Below, piece after piece: positions 18,073 to 26,995 of a DNA stretch of 61,095 nucleotides. Source of the DNA: a virus. Its lineage: Duplodnaviria; Caudoviricetes. The position numbers were made by a program, and so were the translations under genes. The stretch lies in IMG/VR virus record IMGVR_UViG_3300046788_000030, positions 1-61,095 of that record, one strand, 5' to 3'. Position 1 is the stretch's first letter. Every line of letters starts with the position of its first letter. A model generated the notes under the pieces. It was not told the origin of the DNA. It saw only the letters and a list, made by a program, of their open reading frames with translations, and searched no databases.

Positions 18073-21000
18073 GTGGCTGATCCTGTCTTTCCCGGTTTAC
18101 CGTTTCCAAAGGTTGCACCGGCCCTAGATCCCCGCATTGCCGCGTATGTTCAGAGTGCGCGGATGCATTGGGGTATGCCAGAGCCGCAGGAAGCCGCGCC
18201 TGCGCCGCCACCGCCACCTCCCGAGAAGCAGGGGTTCCTGACTGACGTTGGCCACGGCTTCGCCCGTGGCGCGGCAGTGGCACTGCCTGAGATGGCAGGG
18301 CAGGCGTTGAAGGCGTTCGGTGCGGATGAACTGGGCAAGTCGCTGGTGGAGGGTGCCCGCGCCCGCGAGCATGACCCGCTGTACCAAGTCAATCAGGGCG
18401 GTTGGGGTGAGGCGGCATCGAGCGTAGTGCCCGCACTGGCAGCGGCAGGTACTGCCCTTATCCCCGGTGTTGGTGAGATCGCAGGCCCAGCGATAGCTGG
18501 TGGCTTGCTGTTTGGCGGATCGCAGTACACCGAGACGCGGGAGAAGGGTGGCAGTGTCGGACAGGGGCTGGCTGCGGGGGCCATACAGGGCGTAGGGCAG
18601 GCTGCCATGTCGGCGGTAGGGGGTAAGCTGCTGACCGGTGCCACCAGCATGTTCAGGAAGCCTGCAGCGCAGGCGCTGATGGATGATTACGTCGCACCGC
18701 CGTTGCTGGGGGTGGGACGCACGTTGGCTAATACCCTCAAGGCTGGGGCGATACAGGTGCCGGTGCAGGCTGCTGCGGCGGGTGGTGTGGCAGGCGTCGA
18801 GTCTGGGCTGCCGAATACGCCGGGTATGGGCGAAGCGGCTTTGGGGTCAGTTGGTCCGACGCTGAAGATGACAGCGTTGATGGCACCGTTCGGTCTGGCA
18901 GGTACTGCCTACAACAATGCACAGAAGCGGGCAGTCGGTGCGACTACTGCCAATCCCATTGATCCTGCCAAGTTGAATGAAGGATCTATCAAGGACCGGC
19001 TGAAAGCATCAAGAATAATAGCCAGTGACATGAAGTCCAGTGATCCGGATGCTGCCGCTGCATGGCATCAGCAAGCGATGCTGGCCATTGCCGCCAACAA
19101 GCCAGTCGAGATGAAGGTTGGTTGGAACTTCGATCCCTTGGCATTGTATACAGAACAACCACCTGCCACGCCGCAGGGGCCGCAGCAGTTGGCATTGCCA
19201 CCACCTACCAGAGAGCTATACGACGAGACGCAGCGTGGTGCCACTGCTGGCATGAATGAAGAACAACGACAGGCACAGCAACGGTTTGAAGAAGCGACTG
19301 CAGCACACTATGCTGAACGTGATGCATTTGCGGCAGATCAGAAACGGCAGTGGGATGAGTATGAAGCGAAGGTAACTGGCAAGTCACCCCTTCCTGAGAT
19401 ATTGACTCCGGAAGAAGTAACCGGCAAGCAGTTGCCCGGTGAGATCGTTACCAGTGCGGAAGTGACTGCCAATTTGGCACGGGAACAGCGGGATGCTGCT
19501 GCGCGGGCCGAGGCGGGGGTTACCACGACACAGGAAGCACAGGCATTGGCAGCACGCCGTGAAGCACAGAGGGCAGCAGAAGAAGCAGGCAGGCCGCTAC
19601 CGACAATCGAGGGACCGCCAGAACAGAAGGTGGTGGAGTCAGACAAGACATTACCGAAACTTGATGCAGAACTGACACGACGTGAGGAGCCACTGCCGCA
19701 GTTGCCACTGCAACGTGAGGAGCCGCTGCCGCATGTGCTGACTGCCGGAACGGCGAAGGAAGAACAGCGGGTACGTGAGGAGCAGTTGGCACGGCAGCAG
19801 GAAGACCAGCGGATTCTGGAATCGAATGCGGCAGCCAAGCTGACACCTACGGAGCAGCGTGATTTCCTGCGCTCGCTGGAGAACGATAAGCCAGCACGCG
19901 ACCGTGCTGCGGAGATGTCCGAAGATGAGATGCGGGCACGGCTGAAGGCGTATGCAGAGCAGGAAGAAGCCGCGCTGGCGAAGATCACCAAGGATGCACC
20001 GGAGGTCATCTACGACGAGCAGGGCACAGCAATCTGGAAGGCCACCAAAGAAGATCGTACCAAGTGGGTATTGAATGCGCTGGGTGGCAAGACACCCAAG
20101 GCGTTGCGGGAGAGTCTGGTCGATCTGGGACCGGCTGAACTCGCAGCGCGGCTCAAGGCACAGTGGGAAGCACGCGGTGGCGAGTCGCCCAATGCGCCTG
20201 CCTACATGTCCAAGCTGGACGCCATGTACAAGAGCATCACTGGCGAAGACATCCGTGGCAAGCCTGTGGAGAAGCCAGCGGCTGAGATACCTGCTGGTGA
20301 AGTTGCGCCACCACCTACCGGCAAGGAAGCAGCCCCTGAAGTGCCTGCCGGGGCGAAGGTGGAGGGACTGACTGAACCACGTACGGAACAGCACCAGAAA
20401 GCATTCGATTCATTGACGCCTGATCAGCAGAAATATGTCGACTCATTGCCTGTAGATCAACAACAAAAATTATTGAGTGGCGTTGCAAATACTGCAGACA
20501 TCAAGACTGCTGAAGCAGCACCGAAAGAACCACCTATTGTGCAGTTTCGCAAGGATGCTGCAGCTATAGCGGCTGACCTACCAGCAGTACCAGAAGGGCA
20601 TGTACGTCTGTGGCGTGGTAATCGTCCAGATGAAGTTGGTAAAGCTACAACATTCACCAATGATCTTCCGGGGATTGCACTGCCATTTCACAAATCGTAT
20701 GGAGGAAAACTTTCCTACGTAGATGTACCTGCTGCCGATTCGGCGAAGTATGAACAGAAGGTAGCTGTGGCCCCCGGTGCGGAATTCAATGTGCCTGCAG
20801 AAGTTGCAGCAAAGGCGCGTGTCTACGAATCGAAGGAAGAAATTAAGGCAGCCGCCGAAACACAAGCGGTGGTGGACCACGGTGCTACTGTGATGGGGGT
20901 GACAAAAGAACAGGGAGCCAAGGCTGCCAAGGCGTTGGCAAATGAAAAGGTTGCTGAAGATAGCTTCAATGCCAAGATAGAAGCCGTTGATGTTGCTGTT

Positions 21001-24000
21001 GCTAATAAGACCATGACAGAGGAACAGGGGGCCGATGCCTATGCGAAGATCATGGCCGACTCCATGGCAGAGAAGACCAACAATGACACTCAAGGCCGGG
21101 GCATCGCTGGCTTCAGTGACGAACAGCTAGGCAAGGTGGTTGGCAAGACGGCAGAGGTGACCAAGGCGCTGAACCATATCGCCACCACGCACAAGGATGC
21201 GGCGACGCGGGAGATGGCGGCGTTGTTCGGCAAGCAGTTGCCGTCGGCGACGATCAAGGTCATCGAGAATGCGGACTTCGATGGGGCACGGTACCGGCCG
21301 CGCACCAACACCATCGAGGTTGGCCGGGGTGGCATGAACACCCTGACTCTCATGCACGAGACCACGCATGCGCTGACGCATGCCGCATTGGATCGTGCGC
21401 TGGCTGCTGAACTGAAGGACAGCAAGACGCTGACGCCCAGTGAGCAGGCAGAGGTGGGTGCGCTGAAGTCTGTGCGTGAGGTGATGGACGAGTTCTACAA
21501 GAAGTACAACAAGAACGATCCGTCGCATGTACTGGCGTTGAGCAGCCCGCACGAGTTCGTATCCGAGGGATTGAACAATCCGACCATCCGTGCGGCGCTG
21601 GGCGACAAGGGGTGGAAGAAATTTGCCAATTCGCTGTTGCAGGCGTTGCACATCGACTTCAGGTTTGAGACGCAGTTCAACAAGCTGCTGGATGCATCGA
21701 AGGCGTTGTTCGGTGATCCCAACCGCAACTCGACGGAGGTGTTCAACAATGCACTGGTGGACCGCTATCCCAACAGTCCGCTGGGTGCGTTTGGGCGGCT
21801 GTCCAGTTTCCTCAACAGCATCCCCGGCGTGTCCACCGCACTGAGTGGTGCGAGCGACAGGTTCACGAAACACAGCATCGACAGCCTGAGTCCACGACAG
21901 GCGTTCAATATGCACGGCTGGTTCACCCTGCACGATCACGAGCGTCGGATGGAGATGATGCGCAAGGACGTGTGGAACAGGTTCCCTGCTGCCGGTCCTG
22001 CCGTCGACAAGGTGAACCAGTGGTTCACCAGTTTCCGTCAGGTTGCCGAGGGCCGTTCGTCGGATAGTCACAAGTTGCTGAACGATCCCGGTGGTACGCA
22101 GGAACATGGCCAGCGCATGATGGCGATGGACAAGCTCAGTCCCAAGGGCATGGAGATCATGGGTGAGATGGCGCGTGATGCCGTGGCTACCGGTGCCCAT
22201 CCCAAGTACAAGACACTGGCTGATGCGCAGAAGGAGAATCCGACGCTGACACAGGCGCAGTTCGATCACCCTGCAGCGGTGCGGGCACGGGCCAAGTACG
22301 AGCAACTGACGCAGATATCGAAGGCGATGGAGGGCCGTGGCGCGACGGACACGCCGCTCAAGGTCTACGAGGCAGGATTGGTGAAGAACCAGTTGATGAA
22401 TGCCCAGCGCCACGCCCAGATGCTGTGGGGCGAGGTCAAGGGCGATGGCTTTCCATCCGAGGCAGGACTCGACTTTGCCGCGCATCTGCGCAATGCGGAT
22501 CGCACGCCGATTCCAGTGGAGCAACAACTGTCTCGTTTGCAGAAGGCCATCAATGGCGTGATGAAGGAGTCGAAGGCGGATGTGCAGCGGGCAGAGAATG
22601 CGGCGGTAGCTGAACCGGATGCACAGAAGGCAATAGCCAAGGCAGTGGCTAAAGCGGAGAAGGCCAATGGCAAGCCCTTTACTGCTGCAGAACGTACTGC
22701 TGCGACTACCGAAGCAACTAACAAGACAAAGGAAGGTTTGGCGTTGGCAGAGAAGATGCGCCACGATACGATGGAAGGCATGCAGGCCGCGTACGAACAG
22801 CAGAGCAAGCTGCCGTATTACCACCGTGGGCGCGAGGGCACGCACTTCATCGTGTTCGATGTCAAGGGCGGCGAAGAGGAATGGAACCGGGTGGGCAAGG
22901 TGGTCGACGGGATGAACCGCGACTGGCGCGAGATGCTGCCCGACGGTTCGCGCCGGGTGTACATGAAGTTCACCGATCAGCTTTCCCACACCGAGGCGGT
23001 CTCCAAGCTTGCCGGATTGAGTGATCTGTTCGAACCGGATTCGTACGGGGCTGGACTCATTGGCGAACGCAACAAGTTTGCAGCGGGGGCCACGCCCGCA
23101 TTCATCCGCTCTGCCGAGAGGCGCATCGATGGTCTGGAGAAGGCGACCGATGCCGCCAAGGACCAGATGAAGCAGGCGTTGCATGACCTGTACATCGGCC
23201 AGCAGCCAGAGACTTCACCACTCAAGAACAGGATGATGGCTGACAACACCAATGGTGCCAGCCGCGACACTACCAAGATGTACATGAACAACATGGAGAT
23301 GTCCAATCGCGCCTTGGTGAATGCGCGGTCGGCGATGAGGTTCGCCGATGTGTCGACCAATCTGGATGCGGCAATGACCGAATTGCGTGCCGTGCCGGGT
23401 GCGGACATCAACGACATCCGTACGCAGATTGGGGGCTACGTCAACGAGTTGTACAAGAAGCAGGCAGACATGCAGCAGCCGCTGGAGTACAGCCAGACGA
23501 TTGCCGCGATGCGTGCGGCCACCGGGTTCTGGCGACTGGGACTGTCGCCCATGTACATGCTGACTGTTGGCTTGCAGCCTGCACAGGTCACGCTGCCTAC
23601 GCTGGGTGCCAAGTACGGGTATGCCGATGCGGCAATGTCGATGGGACGCAACACCGCGCTGGCGTGGGGGATGCTCAAGTCGGCGATGACGACCGGTTGG
23701 ATGTCGAGCAAGGGCGACTCGTTGTTCAACAGGCTGGCGAAGACATCGGACATCACGCTGGAAGCGTCGAAGCTGCGCAACAAGGACGGGACGCCAGTGC
23801 TGAGTGAGCGGCAACTGGACCTGATGGATCACCTGATGGACACCGGGCTGATCAACTTCGGCATCACGCAGCAGATGCTGCGCATGGACCCCAACGACAA
23901 GAGCATCGGCGCACGGGCTGCACGCATTGCACAGACCATACCGCACTACATCGAGATGTCCAACCGGATCGTCTCTGCCTTGTCCGGTTATGAGTTGCAC

Positions 24001-25206
24001 TACAACAAGCTCGCGGCGGGCAAGGACTTGTCCCCGGCGGAAATGAACAGGATTCACGAAGAGGCGAAGCGTGAGGCCATCACCACCATCCGCGAGTCCG
24101 ATGGTGATCATTCGCAGGTGAACGTGGCGCGGCAACTGGGGCAGCGCGGCATACTCAAGCAGACTACGCCACTGGTGGTGGGCTTCGGCCAGTGGAGCAT
24201 CCAGATGAGCGAGTTCCTTGCGCGGCAGTTCCAGCGTTCGATCAGCGCCAAGTCCACCAAGGAAGAGCGGATCGAGAGCCTGAAGATCATGGGTGGTGTT
24301 TCGGCCATGACTGGGGCGATGGCCGGTGCGCTTGGCTTGCCGTTCATGAACGTGGCGACGGGTGTCTACAACGCCGTGATGCAGATACTCCAAGACGAAG
24401 GGGAGACGCCGCCCAATGCCGAGGAGATGTTCCGCCATGGTGTGCGCAGCCTGTTGTCCACAGTATCGGACGACAAGGAAAGCGTGAACAAGATGGAGGA
24501 GATCTTCTCACGCGGGCTGCCACGGGCCGCTGGCTTCGACATGAGCAGCCGTGCGGGCTTTCAGGATCTGCTGCCGTTCACCGGGCTGCTGACCAACCGG
24601 GCCAGAATCTCCGACCGTCTCAAGGACGGCTCGTTCGATTTCATGGGACCGGCATTCGGCGCTGCTGCTGGCGTGGTTACCGGGCTGCAGGCGTACAAGG
24701 ATGGTGATTACGTCAAGGGTAACAACGAAGCACTGCCGGTGTTCGCCCGCAATATCGCCAAGGCCATGCGCATGTCGCAGTATGGCTATGAGACCACAGG
24801 CAGCAACAACCAGATTCCTATCCCGGTTACCAACTGGGATACCTTCATGCAGGGGATGGGTGCAACGTCGGGTGTCAAGGCCGAGTACAACGAACAGGCG
24901 TATGCGCAACAGGTCAACCAGAAGATCCTGATGGACCGGCATCAGGTGGTCATGAACGAGATCCTGCGCAATGCGGAGCATGGCGATTATCAGGCGATGC
25001 AGCAGTCGATGACGCGCAGCATCCAGTTCGGTTTGCAGCAGCCGCAGTTCCGCCAGTTCGACGTGCCCGGTGCCATGGTCGGACGGGCCATGCAGCGGGC
25101 CATCGGCGGCATGCCGGATGTCGGCGGCTTGCTGTTGAACAAGTCCCAGTTGCCGTACTACATGATGCGGCAGGGCATGATCCCGCCACCACAACAGGTG
25201 CAATGA
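18073..25206 (+). CDS. Giant internal virion / polyvalent DNA-transfer protein with ART-like and zincin domains
   Basis: 2377 aa. G/A-rich hydrophobic N-terminus. VRLWRG...TFT...YVDVP...EF segment. LMHETTH...HEFVSE zincin. C-terminal region (G..GLPF, SRGLP, GP..G) typical of large podoviral ejection proteins. Confidence 0.8.
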   Translation: MADPVFPGLPFPKVAPALDPRIAAYVQSARMHWGMPEPQEAAPAPPPPPPEKQGFLTDVGHGFARGAAVALPEMAGQALKAFGADELGKSLVEGARAREHDPLYQVNQGGWGEAASSVVPALAAAGTALIPGVGEIAGPAIAGGLLFGGSQYTETREKGGSVGQGLAAGAIQGVGQAAMSAVGGKLLTGATSMFRKPAAQALMDDYVAPPLLGVGRTLANTLKAGAIQVPVQAAAAGGVAGVESGLPNTPGMGEAALGSVGPTLKMTALMAPFGLAGTAYNNAQKRAVGATTANPIDPAKLNEGSIKDRLKASRIIASDMKSSDPDAAAAWHQQAMLAIAANKPVEMKVGWNFDPLALYTEQPPATPQGPQQLALPPPTRELYDETQRGATAGMNEEQRQAQQRFEEATAAHYAERDAFAADQKRQWDEYEAKVTGKSPLPEILTPEEVTGKQLPGEIVTSAEVTANLAREQRDAAARAEAGVTTTQEAQALAARREAQRAAEEAGRPLPTIEGPPEQKVVESDKTLPKLDAELTRREEPLPQLPLQREEPLPHVLTAGTAKEEQRVREEQLARQQEDQRILESNAAAKLTPTEQRDFLRSLENDKPARDRAAEMSEDEMRARLKAYAEQEEAALAKITKDAPEVIYDEQGTAIWKATKEDRTKWVLNALGGKTPKALRESLVDLGPAELAARLKAQWEARGGESPNAPAYMSKLDAMYKSITGEDIRGKPVEKPAAEIPAGEVAPPPTGKEAAPEVPAGAKVEGLTEPRTEQHQKAFDSLTPDQQKYVDSLPVDQQQKLLSGVANTADIKTAEAAPKEPPIVQFRKDAAAIAADLPAVPEGHVRLWRGNRPDEVGKATTFTNDLPGIALPFHKSYGGKLSYVDVPAADSAKYEQKVAVAPGAEFNVPAEVAAKARVYESKEEIKAAAETQAVVDHGATVMGVTKEQGAKAAKALANEKVAEDSFNAKIEAVDVAVANKTMTEEQGADAYAKIMADSMAEKTNNDTQGRGIAGFSDEQLGKVVGKTAEVTKALNHIATTHKDAATREMAALFGKQLPSATIKVIENADFDGARYRPRTNTIEVGRGGMNTLTLMHETTHALTHAALDRALAAELKDSKTLTPSEQAEVGALKSVREVMDEFYKKYNKNDPSHVLALSSPHEFVSEGLNNPTIRAALGDKGWKKFANSLLQALHIDFRFETQFNKLLDASKALFGDPNRNSTEVFNNALVDRYPNSPLGAFGRLSSFLNSIPGVSTALSGASDRFTKHSIDSLSPRQAFNMHGWFTLHDHERRMEMMRKDVWNRFPAAGPAVDKVNQWFTSFRQVAEGRSSDSHKLLNDPGGTQEHGQRMMAMDKLSPKGMEIMGEMARDAVATGAHPKYKTLADAQKENPTLTQAQFDHPAAVRARAKYEQLTQISKAMEGRGATDTPLKVYEAGLVKNQLMNAQRHAQMLWGEVKGDGFPSEAGLDFAAHLRNADRTPIPVEQQLSRLQKAINGVMKESKADVQRAENAAVAEPDAQKAIAKAVAKAEKANGKPFTAAERTAATTEATNKTKEGLALAEKMRHDTMEGMQAAYEQQSKLPYYHRGREGTHFIVFDVKGGEEEWNRVGKVVDGMNRDWREMLPDGSRRVYMKFTDQLSHTEAVSKLAGLSDLFEPDSYGAGLIGERNKFAAGATPAFIRSAERRIDGLEKATDAAKDQMKQALHDLYIGQQPETSPLKNRMMADNTNGASRDTTKMYMNNMEMSNRALVNARSAMRFADVSTNLDAAMTELRAVPGADINDIRTQIGGYVNELYKKQADMQQPLEYSQTIAAMRAATGFWRLGLSPMYMLTVGLQPAQVTLPTLGAKYGYADAAMSMGRNTALAWGMLKSAMTTGWMSSKGDSLFNRLAKTSDITLEASKLRNKDGTPVLSERQLDLMDHLMDTGLINFGITQQMLRMDPNDKSIGARAARIAQTIPHYIEMSNRIVSALSGYELHYNKLAAGKDLSPAEMNRIHEEAKREAITTIRESDGDHSQVNVARQLGQRGILKQTTPLVVGFGQWSIQMSEFLARQFQRSISAKSTKEERIESLKIMGGVSAMTGAMAGALGLPFMNVATGVYNAVMQILQDEGETPPNAEEMFRHGVRSLLSTVSDDKESVNKMEEIFSRGLPRAAGFDMSSRAGFQDLLPFTGLLTNRARISDRLKDGSFDFMGPAFGAAAGVVTGLQAYKDGDYVKGNNEALPVFARNIAKAMRMSQYGYETTGSNNQIPIPVTNWDTFMQGMGATSGVKAEYNEQAYAQQVNQKILMDRHQVVMNEILRNAEHGDYQAMQQSMTRSIQFGLQQPQFRQFDVPGAMVGRAMQRAIGGMPDVGGLLLNKSQLPYYMMRQGMIPPPQQVQ

Positions 25207-25207
25207 T

Positions 25208-26386
25208 ATGGCCGACATGAAGTTGACGTGGAAGCTGGGCATGGACGTGGTGTCCGACAAGAACATGCTGCCTGACGGCGCGGTGATGGATGCGGTCAAC
25301 ATCGACATCGACCGCACCGGGGGCATCAACCGGCGCATGGGTGCGCAGCGGGTGTACAGCGGCGTAGGCGTGCACGATCTGTGGACCAGCGAGATCCGGG
25401 GCGAGAGCTACGGCGTGGTCAACGGCTGGCTGTGCCGGGTGCAGATGCCGTGGGTGGTGACCCAGTTGCGGCAGTTGCTGCAGGATGCCCCTGTCTCGTT
25501 CACGGATCTCAACGGTGACGTGCTGTGCAGTTCTCGCTACGAAGTTCTGGTGATCGCACCGGACTTCACTGTACGGCGTTTGGGGCTGGAAAAGCCGTCG
25601 CTGACGGGGGTGTACCCAGTTGATGCCGGTGGACTCGCTGCAGGCCGCTACGGCGTGGCTGTGGCCTATCTCCGGGGGGATGAGGAGGGACCACTGTCTC
25701 GGGCAGTGTTCACCTACATCCCAGAGGGGGATGGCCTGAGTGTCCCCCTGCCTGTCCCTAACGAGTCACTGCCAACCAAGGTCAGAGTCTACCGGACAGC
25801 GGCCAACGGTGATGTGCTGCACAGGATGGCCGACGCCCCGGTTGGGGCCGCGCCAGTGTTCCTTGGCGTGGGCACGCTGGGGCGGCAGGCGCAGAACCAG
25901 TTCACCGACCGCATGATCTCCGGGGATTTCGTGCGCTACTGGCGCGGCATGCTGTGGACCGTGCGCGGCAACTTCGCCTTCCACTCAGAGCCGATGTGGT
26001 ACGGGGTCTACGATCCCCGTTTCAATTTCGTGCAGGTGCCGCACGCGATCCGCATGTTCGAACCGGTGGAGGGCGGCATCTTCATCGGTACCAAGGCAGG
26101 TGTATTCTTCCTGAAGGGCAAGACACCACAGGAGTTTGAACTGGTGAATTTGGGTGGAGCAGCACCTCTCAGGGGCACATCGAAAAGGATTCCGTCGTCA
26201 CTGCTGGGTGACAAGGTGGGTGATGCCGGTGAGTATGTGGTGGTGTGGTTGTCTAGTGTCGGGTTCGTGATTGGCACTGACGATGGCCACATCATTGAAG
26301 AGCAGCGTCGTCGTATCGTGCTGGATGGTACCGAGGGCGCAGTGGCAGTCGACAACCGCAGGATCGTTGCAGTCGTTTCCAACTAA
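25208..26386 (+). CDS. Tail protein (nozzle/tubular-like)
   Basis: GMD......LP.GA..DAVN.DI...G...RR.G N-terminus and a beta-propeller-like C-terminus. Confidence 0.7.
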   Translation: MADMKLTWKLGMDVVSDKNMLPDGAVMDAVNIDIDRTGGINRRMGAQRVYSGVGVHDLWTSEIRGESYGVVNGWLCRVQMPWVVTQLRQLLQDAPVSFTDLNGDVLCSSRYEVLVIAPDFTVRRLGLEKPSLTGVYPVDAGGLAAGRYGVAVAYLRGDEEGPLSRAVFTYIPEGDGLSVPLPVPNESLPTKVRVYRTAANGDVLHRMADAPVGAAPVFLGVGTLGRQAQNQFTDRMISGDFVRYWRGMLWTVRGNFAFHSEPMWYGVYDPRFNFVQVPHAIRMFEPVEGGIFIGTKAGVFFLKGKTPQEFELVNLGGAAPLRGTSKRIPSSLLGDKVGDAGEYVVVWLSSVGFVIGTDDGHIIEEQRRRIVLDGTEGAVAVDNRRIVAVVSN

Positions 26387-26398
26387 TCGAGGAGCATC

Positions 26399-26995
26399 AT
26401 GAACATCATCAAGTACGGCAAGGCAATCGCTGCGGCACTGCGCAACGAGCGGTACAAACTGTCCGACGGCGGCGTCCTGCTGTTCAACGACAGCCTGCGG
26501 CTGCAGGGTGTGGGCGAGTATCTGGAGGGGGTCAATGGCCGCGACTGGCGCGTGCACCGCAACCTGCTGGTCGACCAAGGGCTGATCTTCGACCTGAACG
26601 TGACCTTCGGCAACCTCGCCAAGATCACCACATGGTATCTGGCCCCGTTCTCCGGAGCCGCCACGCCAGCCAACACATGGACGGCTGCCAACTTCACCGC
26701 CAACGCATCGGAGATCGTGTCCGGTACCGAGGGTTATGCCGAGACGACGCGGGTGGCGGTGGCCTTCGTCAACGCGGCAGCGGCAACGCAGATCGACAAC
26801 TATGCGGCCAAGTCGGTGTTCACCATCGTCACCGCGTCGTCGCTGTCGGTGACCGGCATCGGCCTGTTGTCGCTGTCGACCAAGGGCGGCACCACCGGCA
26901 CCCTGATGAGCGCCACCAAGTTCGGCACCACTCGCGTGCTGCAGAACGCCGACGTGTGGAACGTCGGCTACAGGGTGGTGCTGGCGAGTAGCTGA
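26399..26995 (+). CDS. Tail structural protein
   Basis: RBS GAGGAG. NL.V..G, WY.APF, Y.E.TR and GGT.G.L.SA.KF...R motifs. Confidence 0.75.
   Translation: MNIIKYGKAIAAALRNERYKLSDGGVLLFNDSLRLQGVGEYLEGVNGRDWRVHRNLLVDQGLIFDLNVTFGNLAKITTWYLAPFSGAATPANTWTAANFTANASEIVSGTEGYAETTRVAVAFVNAAAATQIDNYAAKSVFTIVTASSLSVTGIGLLSLSTKGGTTGTLMSATKFGTTRVLQNADVWNVGYRVVLASS

Noticed and set aside
17698-19735. Short in-frame duplications (QQGQLGV x2 at about 17698-17739; REEPLP x2 at about 19680-19731)
   Set aside because: Ordinary slippage duplications in low-complexity linkers of internal virion proteins.
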